Shown one piece after another: positions 53,255 to 62,077 of a DNA stretch of 64,000 nucleotides. Position 1 is the first letter of the stretch; every line of letters begins with the position of its first letter. A program made the translations under genes and the position numbers. This DNA is from Candidatus Omnitrophota bacterium (lineage in GTDB: Bacteria > Omnitrophota > Omnitrophia > Omnitrophales > Aquincolibacteriaceae). The notes beneath the pieces are model-generated. The model was not told the DNA's origin and did no database searches. It worked only from the letters and a program-made list of their open reading frames with translations. The stretch spans positions 32,001-96,000 of the forward strand of contig JAZDJU010000031.1 of assembly GCA_043803685.1 (NCBI GenBank). Direction: 5' to 3'.

Positions 53255-53794
53255 ATGGTCAGAAGTTTCGAGAAAATTCTAAGGCTTGCCAAACGGGCGG
53301 CGGAATTTGCGCTAGATAAAGATGAAGGTTACGATCGGATGCGGTTTCTTGCGCTTGAAGAAGGGATGAGACGCGAAACACTGGAATATTATGCGAATGC
53401 TTATCAGGCTGCCGGAGAATCGGGAGTACGCGCGCTTTCTTACAAGAAAAAGATGCCGGAAAGCATCCGAGCCGAAGCCGTTAAGGCCGTGAATGAATTT
53501 CTTCTCAACCGTCTTCCCAAAAATCTCCCTGCCGGAACAATCTGGTTCCAGTCCGTTGCCAAGGACAACCATATCACCGCACTTGAGAAGCGGCCTTTGT
53601 TCAGTGCCCCTAAACAGTCCTCAGCTATTGAAATTTTTCAGATTCGGTATACCGATTACGATCAGCGGTGGCACCTTTACTGGAAGCGCGCTTCAGGGAA
53701 ATGGTGGCCCTACATCGGGAAAAAAGAGATGAAATCCGTTAAAGATTGCCTTCGTGAAGTAACGGACGATGATTCAGGATGTTTTCGGGGTTGA
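53255..53794 (+). CDS. DUF3024-like protein with an N-terminal HTH-like extension
   Basis: QIRY...WHLYWKRASGKWWPY...D..GCFRG pattern. Confidence 0.7.
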   Translation: MVRSFEKILRLAKRAAEFALDKDEGYDRMRFLALEEGMRRETLEYYANAYQAAGESGVRALSYKKKMPESIRAEAVKAVNEFLLNRLPKNLPAGTIWFQSVAKDNHITALEKRPLFSAPKQSSAIEIFQIRYTDYDQRWHLYWKRASGKWWPYIGKKEMKSVKDCLREVTDDDSGCFRG

Positions 53795-53807
53795 GCCCAA
53801 CATTACC

Positions 53808-53894
53808 GTTTCAAACTGCAAATTCTCCTCGAGCCAGTATTTCTCTCCGCCACAATGCACTGGACGGATCCGTCCTTCGGCGGAGAAATGTTCC
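53808..53894. repeat. att-arm copy 1 (with a 39-bp palindromic insertion at 53846-53884)
   Basis: Homologous to 55328-55375; similarity ends at gaaatgttcc. Confidence 0.8.
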
Positions 53895-54000
53895 TGTGTT
53901 TTATGACCAAAGCGGGGAAATTTGGGGGTCCAAAGCACTGAGAACAGGGCTTGATGCTGACGTATAACAATGTTATATTTTCAATAATTGGAGGTGGATC

Positions 54001-54219
54001 ATGACAGTGCTTAAGGCTTTCCGGTTACCGGTTCCGTTGACCAAACGATTGGCGCGGCTTGCAAAAGCAACGCACCGCAGTGAAAGATTTTATGTCGCTG
54101 CGGCCTTGCAATACTATCTTGAAAATTACGTGGATGCGCAGATCGCCAAAGACCGTTTTCAGGATCCGGGCTCCAAGGTGATTTCCGGGACAGAATTGAG
54201 AGCGCGGCTTGGCTTATAA
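54001..54219 (+). CDS. RHH antitoxin (RelB/CopG-like)
   Basis: FRLP..L..RL..LAKAT.RS..FY pattern; overlaps the relE-like gene. Confidence 0.82.
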   Translation: MTVLKAFRLPVPLTKRLARLAKATHRSERFYVAAALQYYLENYVDAQIAKDRFQDPGSKVISGTELRARLGL

Positions 54220-54469
54220 GGTTGTTTATCTCGATCAGGTTGAGAAGGACCTGAGAACTCTTGATAAGGCGACTGCCCGTAAGATCCTGAACCGGATCGA
54301 GACCTACCTTGTTCAAGATCCCAAAGAACTGGGCAAAGCCCTGACGGGCGAATTTCGCGGGTATTGGCGCTACCGGTGGGGTGATTACCGCGTCATTTAC
54401 AAGATCGTTGAGCACGAGATCCTGATCTATATTCTCAGGATCGGGCATCGTAAGGACATCTACGAGTGA
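54209..54469 (+). CDS. RelE/StbE family toxin
   Basis: GKALTG, YWRYRWGDYRVIY and IGHRKDIY motifs. Confidence 0.92.
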   Translation: MAYKVVYLDQVEKDLRTLDKATARKILNRIETYLVQDPKELGKALTGEFRGYWRYRWGDYRVIYKIVEHEILIYILRIGHRKDIYE

Positions 54470-54543
54470 ACGGCTACGAGAACGGCGAAAACGGTACCGG
54501 ATTCTTAGGAATCATATCGTGAAAAACAAAGATCAGGACTCAA

Positions 54544-55296
54544 ATGACTGATTCCAGCGTGATCCCCATTGTCCATGATTTCAGCAAGTTGCTTCAATAT
54601 GCCGCTGAAAAGAAACCGGCGCTGACGCCGTCTCAGGGGCTAATTCCGTTGAAACATGTCAGGGCAATGATGGATGGGTTCATGGTCAAAGAGCCTCATG
54701 AGCATATTTACGGCGACACGGTTTTTAAAAAGCGGGATGAAATGGAATATGAGAGGTTTTATTTTCTCGATCTCTTAGCGGTAGACGGCGAATTTCTTAA
54801 AATCACGGGACGGAATACTCTTGTCAAGGGACCGGGTTGGAATATTTTTTTTGCTGTTCGCCCGGAAGAGCGAGGATTTCTGCTATTTCATTCCTTTCGA
54901 TACAGCTTTTCCATGGATGGATGGTTATCAAGGGGCCCAGATTTTGGCGAGCAACTGGAGGAAAATTCGGAGAAGATCTGGCAAAAGATGCTGCCATGGG
55001 CCAGTCGTGAGACTGTAGAATGGCAACCCTGGGCGGAAGAGCTTCTCCGAAGCTGTGCCCTCCGCTGGAATTCACCCGACCAGAGCTGTGCAAAGGACCT
55101 CGCCACTTGGGCGTTAGAGTACTGTCTTATCAAACCTCTCGAATACTTTGGATTGGTTATTGCAGACAGAAATGAGGGAAAGTTCGCCAGATTGAAGTCT
55201 TTTCGCTTAAAGCCGGCCGGATGCGAGTATTTCGGAAGAATGGCAACAAAATCCGGCCATTTCGTCGCCACTTTACCGCCCTTCTCTTTGAACTAG
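54544..55296 (+). CDS. Hypothetical protein
   Basis: 250-aa ORF with an AGGA RBS. Confidence 0.65.
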   Translation: MTDSSVIPIVHDFSKLLQYAAEKKPALTPSQGLIPLKHVRAMMDGFMVKEPHEHIYGDTVFKKRDEMEYERFYFLDLLAVDGEFLKITGRNTLVKGPGWNIFFAVRPEERGFLLFHSFRYSFSMDGWLSRGPDFGEQLEENSEKIWQKMLPWASRETVEWQPWAEELLRSCALRWNSPDQSCAKDLATWALEYCLIKPLEYFGLVIADRNEGKFARLKSFRLKPAGCEYFGRMATKSGHFVATLPPFSLN

Positions 55297-55327
55297 TTTT
55301 TGCTTGGTTTATTTTCCAAGCTCAACA

Positions 55328-55385
55328 GTTTCAAACTGTAAATTCTCCTCGAGCCAGTATCGCTCGAAATGTTCCCCCGCTACCA
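55328..55385. repeat. attR-like site (att arm plus 12-bp tRNA 3' end)
   Basis: Arm shared with 53808-53894, followed by cccccgctacca. Confidence 0.82.
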
Positions 55386-55392
55386 ATTTACG

Positions 55393-55427
55393 AAAAGACC
55401 GTCGGAGAAATCCGGCGGTCTTTTTTT
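55393..55427 (+). terminator. Intrinsic terminator downstream of the displaced tRNA 3' end
   Basis: aaaagaccgtcgga/tccggcggtctttt stem followed by a T run. Confidence 0.75.
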
Positions 55428-55490
55428 ATGTAAATTGGTAGCGGGGGCAGCCTGCCTGCCGCGGGCAGGGATTTGGCGCCCTTCGCTTTG

Positions 55491-56397
55491 CAGGGTAACC
55501 TTTTTTGTTCTCACTTCCGGTCCCATAGGTAAAAGAATCCCCAAAGCAATACACAAGAAAGGCGCCATCGTTGATATTCTTTGCCGCTCCTAATTCCTTG
55601 TGATAGAAGGAACCCGCGATCCTGAGACCGATCTCGATCATGACAAGGCACAACAGTACAGTGATCAGACTTATCAAAAGGCCGTGAATGAACAGCTCCA
55701 GGATCTTTGTAACAAACAATATCCTGGCAAGAACACAAAGATCGTCAACTTTGGGATACCGGGGTCGAATTCCAGGCAAGCCTTCAATTATTTCAAACAC
55801 GTTCTGACTTCCGGTGACTACGCGAGACCGAACGCCGTTATTTTAATGACGGAAATGAATGACTGGTAGAATATTGTGGATAATAACGAAGCCTTTTTGC
55901 GGTATAAGCCGAATCCTTTTTTGGCAAAATGCTACATGATGCTGATCCATTCCAGGGTCTTCAAGTTATTAACGTTGCGCTTCGCTCCGCGCAACACCCT
56001 TGCAGGGACTCATTTCAACTCCCGAACTGCTATCGCAAACGCTGATGCCCCCGGGGCGCGAAAGCGGCTGGGGGATAAATACCTGGATACCGTTCGTGTT
56101 GTTTTTGAGCGAAATGTGAATGATTTTATTAATTTTGCCCGGAGCGCAGGTGCCGACGTCCTATTTTCTCAATATCCCACGGGATCTTTGTTTGATCTCA
56201 GCCTCAAGCGCATTGCTAGAACAAAAAACGTCACAACGATTTATAACCAAAAGAGGTTTAAGGGACTTTTATCGAAGGATCGACGGGACGAATATTTTTC
56301 GGCGAGCTGTTCTTACTCTCATCCTAACGATAAGGGATACGCCATGATGGCGGAGGAAACCCTAGCGACTCTTGAAAGAAAATGGAAGTGGACGTGA
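55491..56397 (+). pseudogene. SGNH/GDSL hydrolase pseudogene with an inverted 5' segment and an internal stop
   Basis: The GDSFTYG block is on the minus strand (55491-55690); NFGIPG, ND and HPNDKGY blocks are on the plus strand; TAG at 55867-55869. Confidence 0.8.
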
Positions 56398-56417
56398 CAA
56401 TGCTTAAGAGCGACCCT

Positions 56418-56556
56418 TGCTCCTGGCTCCCTCACAATCCAAAGGCAGCAGATTTCCCATGGGATTTCCTCCGGCCGAAAATCCCTGCGAACCGCAGCCC
56501 CTCAAGAACTCGCGAGCGCAGTGAAGACATTTGTTTCAAATTAGCCCCCGCTACCA
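56418..56556 (+). pseudogene. Degenerate, interrupted copy of the tRNA-fMet 3' portion
   Basis: ctcacaatccaaaggcagcagatt resembles ctcataacccaaaggtcgcaggtt; ttcaaattagcccccgctacca follows about 77 bp later. Confidence 0.55.
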
Positions 56557-56709
56557 TTTGTAAAATGAAGAGCCGCTATCTATTGCAAGCGAAAATCAGA
56601 AGCTTTGTTTTCTGACATTGAACGACCTATCGCCCAATCTTGAGACATGGTCCCTAATAACATTTTCGGGTCAGGATCAATAGAATCACCATTTCATTGA
56701 ATTTCAGGT

Positions 56710-57807
56710 TCATTTCAGAAGATTGTGTCTTTCGAGTTCGAAAAGCATTGCCTTTGCGATTAGGCCATGCCCAAATTCATTCGGATGGCACCTGTCTTCA
56801 GGATAATCCGCAAGTTGCAAGGAGCCCGCAGAGATGCCTTTTGCTTTGTAATATGAAACCATATAGAAATAATCAAAATCGAACGTTTGAGCGATATCGG
56901 CAAATTGATGGTCGTTGGGAGATTCGCTATAAAGCAAAATGGGATGGATGCAAATCAAAAACCCAAAACCGTATCGTTTCTTCAATTGACTGATTTCGCG
57001 AAATCCTCGACAAATGTTTTCCATATTTTTATCAACCACTAGAGGGTCGGAAACGCTAGCCATTCTTGACAGGTCGACTCTCGCTTGAAAATATGCGAGC
57101 CGGGTTACTATAAAAAGATACAGTTTCGACCGGTAGAGCACATTCCTTTCAAACACGCGGAGGAATGAATGACGCTTGGACACGTACTTCCTGACAAGGG
57201 AAATTTGCTGCGCCTCGGTAAGATGGTTATAGTTCCCTTGGAACAAGAGATCGACGCCAGGAATGCGTTCATTATCATTAAAGAACATATTCAATATGAC
57301 AATATCCGGATCGTAAGGCAGCACTTTTTCTTTTAAGATTTCCACCTCGGCTTCTAAATTATATCCTCCCACGCCGAAGTTCATCACCTCATACCTTTGA
57401 GGGGATCCCCGATCCTGTTCTCGTCTATTTAATAAGTCCTCCAGCTTATCAGAGAAGTTTCTTTTCGCCGGAACGTTTTCGCCTTTAGTGATGGAGTCTC
57501 CGAGCATTGCAATCCTAATTAAACCTTTCGGTTTTTCTAAGACAAAATCCGCATCATTAAATCCCTGCTGATTGACTTTGACCGTGCCCACAATAAAATT
57601 GGGCAAATATTCGTATACTATTTTAGGATTTTCAACAAAGCGAAGAATGCCTGATGGACGAATGACCTCAGGGGCGAGCTCAAACTTCCGGAGGATATAC
57701 TCTGAAAGGCAAAGGCCAACGGCTAAAGAAATAGCCAAAAGAATCAGATTGAGTCTTATAGACGACTCTTTAGGATTCAAAGAAGCCACAGGTATTTCCT
57801 CTTCCAA
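56710..57807 (-). CDS. Membrane-anchored SGNH/GDSL hydrolase
   Basis: LGDSIT, NFGVGGY, FFND and DRCHPNEFGH motifs; start uncertain. Confidence 0.85.
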   Translation of the reverse strand: MEEEIPVASLNPKESSIRLNLILLAISLAVGLCLSEYILRKFELAPEVIRPSGILRFVENPKIVYEYLPNFIVGTVKVNQQGFNDADFVLEKPKGLIRIAMLGDSITKGENVPAKRNFSDKLEDLLNRREQDRGSPQRYEVMNFGVGGYNLEAEVEILKEKVLPYDPDIVILNMFFNDNERIPGVDLLFQGNYNHLTEAQQISLVRKYVSKRHSFLRVFERNVLYRSKLYLFIVTRLAYFQARVDLSRMASVSDPLVVDKNMENICRGFREISQLKKRYGFGFLICIHPILLYSESPNDHQFADIAQTFDFDYFYMVSYYKAKGISAGSLQLADYPEDRCHPNEFGHGLIAKAMLFELERHNLLK

Positions 57808-57904
57808 AGGTCATAAAACTCCCCTCCGTGCGTAACGCGGTAACTTCTTCCACTTCGAAGACAGGAGACGACGGTTGTAAAGGCCGATCCAAGCGGATAT
57901 TTCC

Positions 57905-58040
57905 TGGCAGAAATTTTCCGCATAAATTCACATTTGTATTCGATACTATAGGCGTTGTGAACTAGCCGGTCAAGAAACGCATACGAAAGCGTCGGATTCC
58001 CGAGGACCTCATGCCCGTCTTTGACCGGATGTGGGCTCAC
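57905..58040 (-). pseudogene. IS21 helper ATPase (IstB) C-terminal remnant
   Basis: [21 protein letters not shown]...MRK resembles IstB [28 protein letters not shown]. Confidence 0.75.
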
Positions 58041-58137
58041 CTTCCATCAACTTTAAAATGTATTCCTACTGGCCTTTTTGGCTTATACGGGTAGAATGTC
58101 TCCCTCAAATTCACTCATATCCATCAAAGGAGCTACC

Positions 58138-59091
58138 ATGTACAGGGAACAGATCAAGGTGTTGGATTGCACGATCCGCGACGGCGGACTGATGAACAAC
58201 CACGATTTCGACGACCGCTTCGTCCGCGCGATCTTCAAGGCAGTCTCGGAGGCCGGGATCGACTATATGGAGATCGGCTACAAGAACTCCAAAAAACTTT
58301 TCCCCGGGGACAAGTACGGCGCCTGGAAGTTCTGCTCCGACGAGGACATCCTCAAGGTCACCGACGGGATTCCCTCGAAGACGAAGATCTCGGTCATGGT
58401 GGACGTGGACCGCGTGGACCTGAATGACATCAAACCCCGGAAAGAAAGTCCCGTGACCATGATCCGCACGGCGTGCTACGTCAAGGATGTCGACAAAGCG
58501 ATCGCGCTGGCCAACCATTTCGCGGACAAAGGTTACGAGACCGCTGTCAATCTCATGGCGATCTCGAAGGTGCTTGAGGTGGAGCTGAACGAATGTCTGG
58601 CCCAGCTCGAAAAAGAATGCAAGTGCAACGTGGTATACCTGGTCGATTCGAACGGTTCGCTTTATCAGGAAACCGTGGAGTATCTGATCAAGAAAGCCAA
58701 GAGCATCATCAAGACCAAAGAAGTCGGAATCCACGCGCATAACAATCAGCAGTTGGCCTTCGGTAACACGATCGAAGCGATCATCCATAACGCCAACTAC
58801 CTCGACAGTACGATCTTCGGCATGGGCCGCGCGGCCGGCAATTGCCCGACGGAGCTCCTCCTCGGTTTCCTGAAAAACCCGAAGTTCGACATCCGCCCGA
58901 TCCTGGACGTGATCTCCAAGGAAATGATCCCCCTTAGCAAAAAAGTCGAGTGGGGTTACGTGATCCCCCACGCGATCACCGGGATCCTGGACGAGCACCC
59001 CAAGTCCGCGTTGGAACTCCGCGAAAGCGACCAGAAGGACAACTACCGGGAATTCTACGATAGTTTCGCCGGGAGCTCCGAGGTCGAATAA
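58138..59091 (+). CDS. DRE-TIM/HMGL-like aldolase (4-hydroxy-2-oxovalerate aldolase-like)
   Basis: LDCTIRDGG, HAHNNQQLA and GMGRAAGNCPTELL motifs; AAGGAG RBS. Confidence 0.85.
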   Translation: MYREQIKVLDCTIRDGGLMNNHDFDDRFVRAIFKAVSEAGIDYMEIGYKNSKKLFPGDKYGAWKFCSDEDILKVTDGIPSKTKISVMVDVDRVDLNDIKPRKESPVTMIRTACYVKDVDKAIALANHFADKGYETAVNLMAISKVLEVELNECLAQLEKECKCNVVYLVDSNGSLYQETVEYLIKKAKSIIKTKEVGIHAHNNQQLAFGNTIEAIIHNANYLDSTIFGMGRAAGNCPTELLLGFLKNPKFDIRPILDVISKEMIPLSKKVEWGYVIPHAITGILDEHPKSALELRESDQKDNYREFYDSFAGSSEVE

Positions 59092-59715
59092 GTGGATCTT
59101 GAACGGTTCCGCTCAAAGCCCCTCCTCGGGATCTTGCGCGGGATCACACCTTCGGAATTGGATCCCCTGTTCGAGACGATCGTAGTAAGCGGTCTTGAGA
59201 CCGTCGAGATCACGATGAATACCGAAGGCGCGACCGGGCTCATCAAGAGCGCGGTCAAACATTTCGGCAGCCAACTCATGATCGGCGCGGGCACCGTCCT
59301 GACTCTAAAAGACCTCCAAAGCGCGCTTCGTGCCGGCGCGACCTTCATCGTCAGTCCCGTGGTTGTCCCGCCCGTGATCGAATACTGCGTCAAACGCAAG
59401 ATCCCCGTTTTCCCGGGAGCACTTACCCCTCAGGAGATCTATCAGGCCTGGCAGGCCGGAGCGACCATGGTCAAGGTGTTCCCTGCCGGTTGTTTCGGCC
59501 CGGATTATTTCAAGGAGATCCAAGGCCCGTTCCCCAAGATCAAGCTTCTGGCGTGCGGTGGCGTGACGCCTGAGAATCTTCCGGTCTATTTCAAGAATGG
59601 GGCGAGCGCGGCCGCTATCGGAGGAAGTGTTTTCCGGAAAGAGTGGCTCGGCGCAAAGAAGTTCCACCTGATACGCGCCAAGATCCAGACATATTTAAAA
59701 GCTCTGGGTCATTAA
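59092..59715 (+). CDS. eda: KDPG/KHG aldolase
   Basis: VEIT, IGAGTVL, FIVSP, PGALTPQE, VKVFPA and GGVT motifs. Confidence 0.9.
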   Translation: MDLERFRSKPLLGILRGITPSELDPLFETIVVSGLETVEITMNTEGATGLIKSAVKHFGSQLMIGAGTVLTLKDLQSALRAGATFIVSPVVVPPVIEYCVKRKIPVFPGALTPQEIYQAWQAGATMVKVFPAGCFGPDYFKEIQGPFPKIKLLACGGVTPENLPVYFKNGASAAAIGGSVFRKEWLGAKKFHLIRAKIQTYLKALGH

Positions 59716-59731
59716 TCCCTAAGGGATTTTC

Positions 59732-59803
59732 GTGTCAAAGTATCAGGGTATCAGAGTGTCAAATTCCCGCTTTGACACGTTGAAACTTTGACACTCGGAC
59801 ACT
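59732..59803. repeat. Inverted arrays of 8-bp tandem repeats between convergent genes
   Basis: Four gt(g/a)tcaNa-like units followed by four tgacac-like units. Confidence 0.6.
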
Positions 59804-59841
59804 TCTCTCAGCATTTCTTGCGGGGCTTGGGGCGGGATCTT

Positions 59842-60597
59842 TTACTTTACCGCCTTCACGAGGACCATTTTCATGGTGTCCCAAATATCATCCTCTTTCC
59901 ATTGCACGTCATGCCTGGCTTTAAAAGCTTCTGAGGCGTTTGTATAAACGGCCCTGATCTTCAACCTGGCGTCCTCCCCGATGGCGCCGTGGTCGGTCCA
60001 CTGATCGATCGATTCCCTTGTAAGATATTCGGAGGATTGAATGGCCTTAAAACCCTGCCCCCTCAGCAGACGTGAAAAGTCGTCGGGCATAAAGAAATTC
60101 TTGCGGGAAGGGTTCCGGAGTTTTTGGATCAGGAACGTCTCATCCTTATCCTCCTCGCCATAGGCCGTAAGATGCGCCAGGACCACGCGCCCGCCGGGCT
60201 TCAAAACTCTGTGTATTTGCGCAAGGACGGCGCTCAATTCCATGAATTGCAGCCCCTGGCGGCACACGCAGACATCGAACGTATCATTTTCGAAAGGCAA
60301 CTTTTCGGCAGACGTCAGGACGATCTTGTCCGCGTGGGGCCGGGCCTGCGCCACCATCTCCTGGCAAATATCCACCCCCACCACCTGCTGGACCCGGCCA
60401 TGAAATGCCTGCGCGATCTTCCCCGTTCCAATCGCAAGATCAAGAACGCAGGCTTCCGGTCCGGCATCCGCCTGTTCCCGGATCTTTTCAATGAGCGCGG
60501 TATCCTCGACCCATCGGGAGGACTGATCGTATTTCGCGGCCCTTTTGATAAAATGGTCCCGGGCCGTTTCAGAGGCCGGGACATTTTCAGGACTCAT
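59842..60597 (-). CDS. Class I SAM-dependent methyltransferase
   Basis: VLDLAIGTG, LPFENDTFD and RVLKPGG motifs. Confidence 0.9.
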   Translation of the reverse strand: MSPENVPASETARDHFIKRAAKYDQSSRWVEDTALIEKIREQADAGPEACVLDLAIGTGKIAQAFHGRVQQVVGVDICQEMVAQARPHADKIVLTSAEKLPFENDTFDVCVCRQGLQFMELSAVLAQIHRVLKPGGRVVLAHLTAYGEEDKDETFLIQKLRNPSRKNFFMPDDFSRLLRGQGFKAIQSSEYLTRESIDQWTDHGAIGEDARLKIRAVYTNASEAFKARHDVQWKEDDIWDTMKMVLVKAVK

Positions 60598-62002
60598 AGC
60601 AAGACTCCCGCTCTTTGGTGATGCTCCAGACCTGATGGAAATAATCCCTCAGCGTCTCTTCACTCAGGTCCGTCAGGTTGATGATCTCATCATCGTGATC
60701 GCTCACCTTCCTCAGGGAAAGCATCTTCAGGAACGCGAGCGTGTCCGTGATCTTCCCAGTCTTGACCCCGTAGTGATAGAGACTTGTTCCCGGAAAAGGA
60801 ACGAGATATTTGACCAACGGCAGGAACCGGCTCTTTTTGATGAAGGCGACCATCTCCTTGAGGGATCGTTCCGTCTCGCCGTACAAGCCGACGATAAAAA
60901 GCCCGCGTACGGCCAACCCCCGGTCCTGGGCAACTTTGACGGCGTGATCGATCTCCCGGACCTTGATATTCTTCCGGTTCTGGTCCAGGACATGCTGGTC
61001 ACAGGATTCGATGCCGAACCATATCCCCAGGCATCCCGTCTCTTTCAGGACCGCGACCAACTTCTCCGTGACTTTTTGCACGCGGGCGAAACAATGATAC
61101 CGGACCCCATGCTTCTTCAGGATCTTGCAGATCCCGATGGCGCGTTCTTCAATGACGTTGAACGTAAGATCGTTCAGCCAGGTGTAGTCAAAACCGGTCT
61201 CTTTTTTTAAGTGCGCGACCTCCTCTTCGAACCGTTCAAGGCTTTTGAGCCTGAGACCCGGGATCGTTTTAAAGCAGAACGAGCATTCCTGAGGGCAACC
61301 TCTCATCGAAGAGATCAGGATCTGGCCGTTCTTGAGGATCTCGTCGTAATTCGGCCAGACGGTATAATCCAGATGCGGCAGGTTATCGAGGTCCTTGATC
61401 TGAGGTCTCGGCGGGTTGATCACGACCTTCCCATTGTCTTTATACGCCATCCCCTTGATCGTTTTGAACGCCACCATGCCGGACCGGAAATATTCCTGAA
61501 GAAATTCAATGAGCGTGAGTTCACCCTCTCCGAGGATCGCACAATCGGCCTCGGTATGCTTAAGCAGAACCTCGGGCAGCGACGTCACGAGCGGCCCCCC
61601 GAAGAAGATCCCTTTCTCGGGATAGCGTGCCTTGATCGCGCGCGTGATCTCCTGAAGGAAAATGAACGAATCACAATAGGTGGCGATCCCCACAATGTGC
61701 GCGTCCTTAACGCCCTCGAGGACCCATCGCTCATGATCGCTTTTCAGGCGGCAATCGATGACCTTTAAGGAATAGCCCATTTTTTTGATCACGGTGGCAA
61801 TATACGTAAAGCCCTCAAAGGGGCCGGTGACCAAAAATTCCCGGCCGGGGGTCGGGATCTGGGGAGAAGGCGGCACGATTAGAACGACAGTTCCGTGTTT
61901 CCGCACAACCGCTGCCGAACGGGAAATGCTCCTTAAGACGTCTTCCTGGGGGTCCGTGTCATGAGACAAGTAATAGTTGGATGGAGGCAAGGACGTCGTC
62001 AT
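60587..62002 (-). CDS. B12-binding radical SAM protein
   Basis: GGP, GEGE, RGCPQECSFC, GIES and PFPGT motifs. Confidence 0.9.
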   Translation of the reverse strand: MTTSLPPSNYYLSHDTDPQEDVLRSISRSAAVVRKHGTVVLIVPPSPQIPTPGREFLVTGPFEGFTYIATVIKKMGYSLKVIDCRLKSDHERWVLEGVKDAHIVGIATYCDSFIFLQEITRAIKARYPEKGIFFGGPLVTSLPEVLLKHTEADCAILGEGELTLIEFLQEYFRSGMVAFKTIKGMAYKDNGKVVINPPRPQIKDLDNLPHLDYTVWPNYDEILKNGQILISSMRGCPQECSFCFKTIPGLRLKSLERFEEEVAHLKKETGFDYTWLNDLTFNVIEERAIGICKILKKHGVRYHCFARVQKVTEKLVAVLKETGCLGIWFGIESCDQHVLDQNRKNIKVREIDHAVKVAQDRGLAVRGLFIVGLYGETERSLKEMVAFIKKSRFLPLVKYLVPFPGTSLYHYGVKTGKITDTLAFLKMLSLRKVSDHDDEIINLTDLSEETLRDYFHQVWSITKERESCYES

Positions 62003-62077
62003 AAGGCACTTTCCGGAACATGCCCCGCGCAGGGTACGCGCAAGGACAACCTGTCTGTGATCATACACACTCCGAAG

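Noticed and set aside
53842..53852. tctctccgcca resembling a tRNA-Ser 3' end
   Set aside because: Explained by the junction of the att arm with the tccgcc palindrome insertion.
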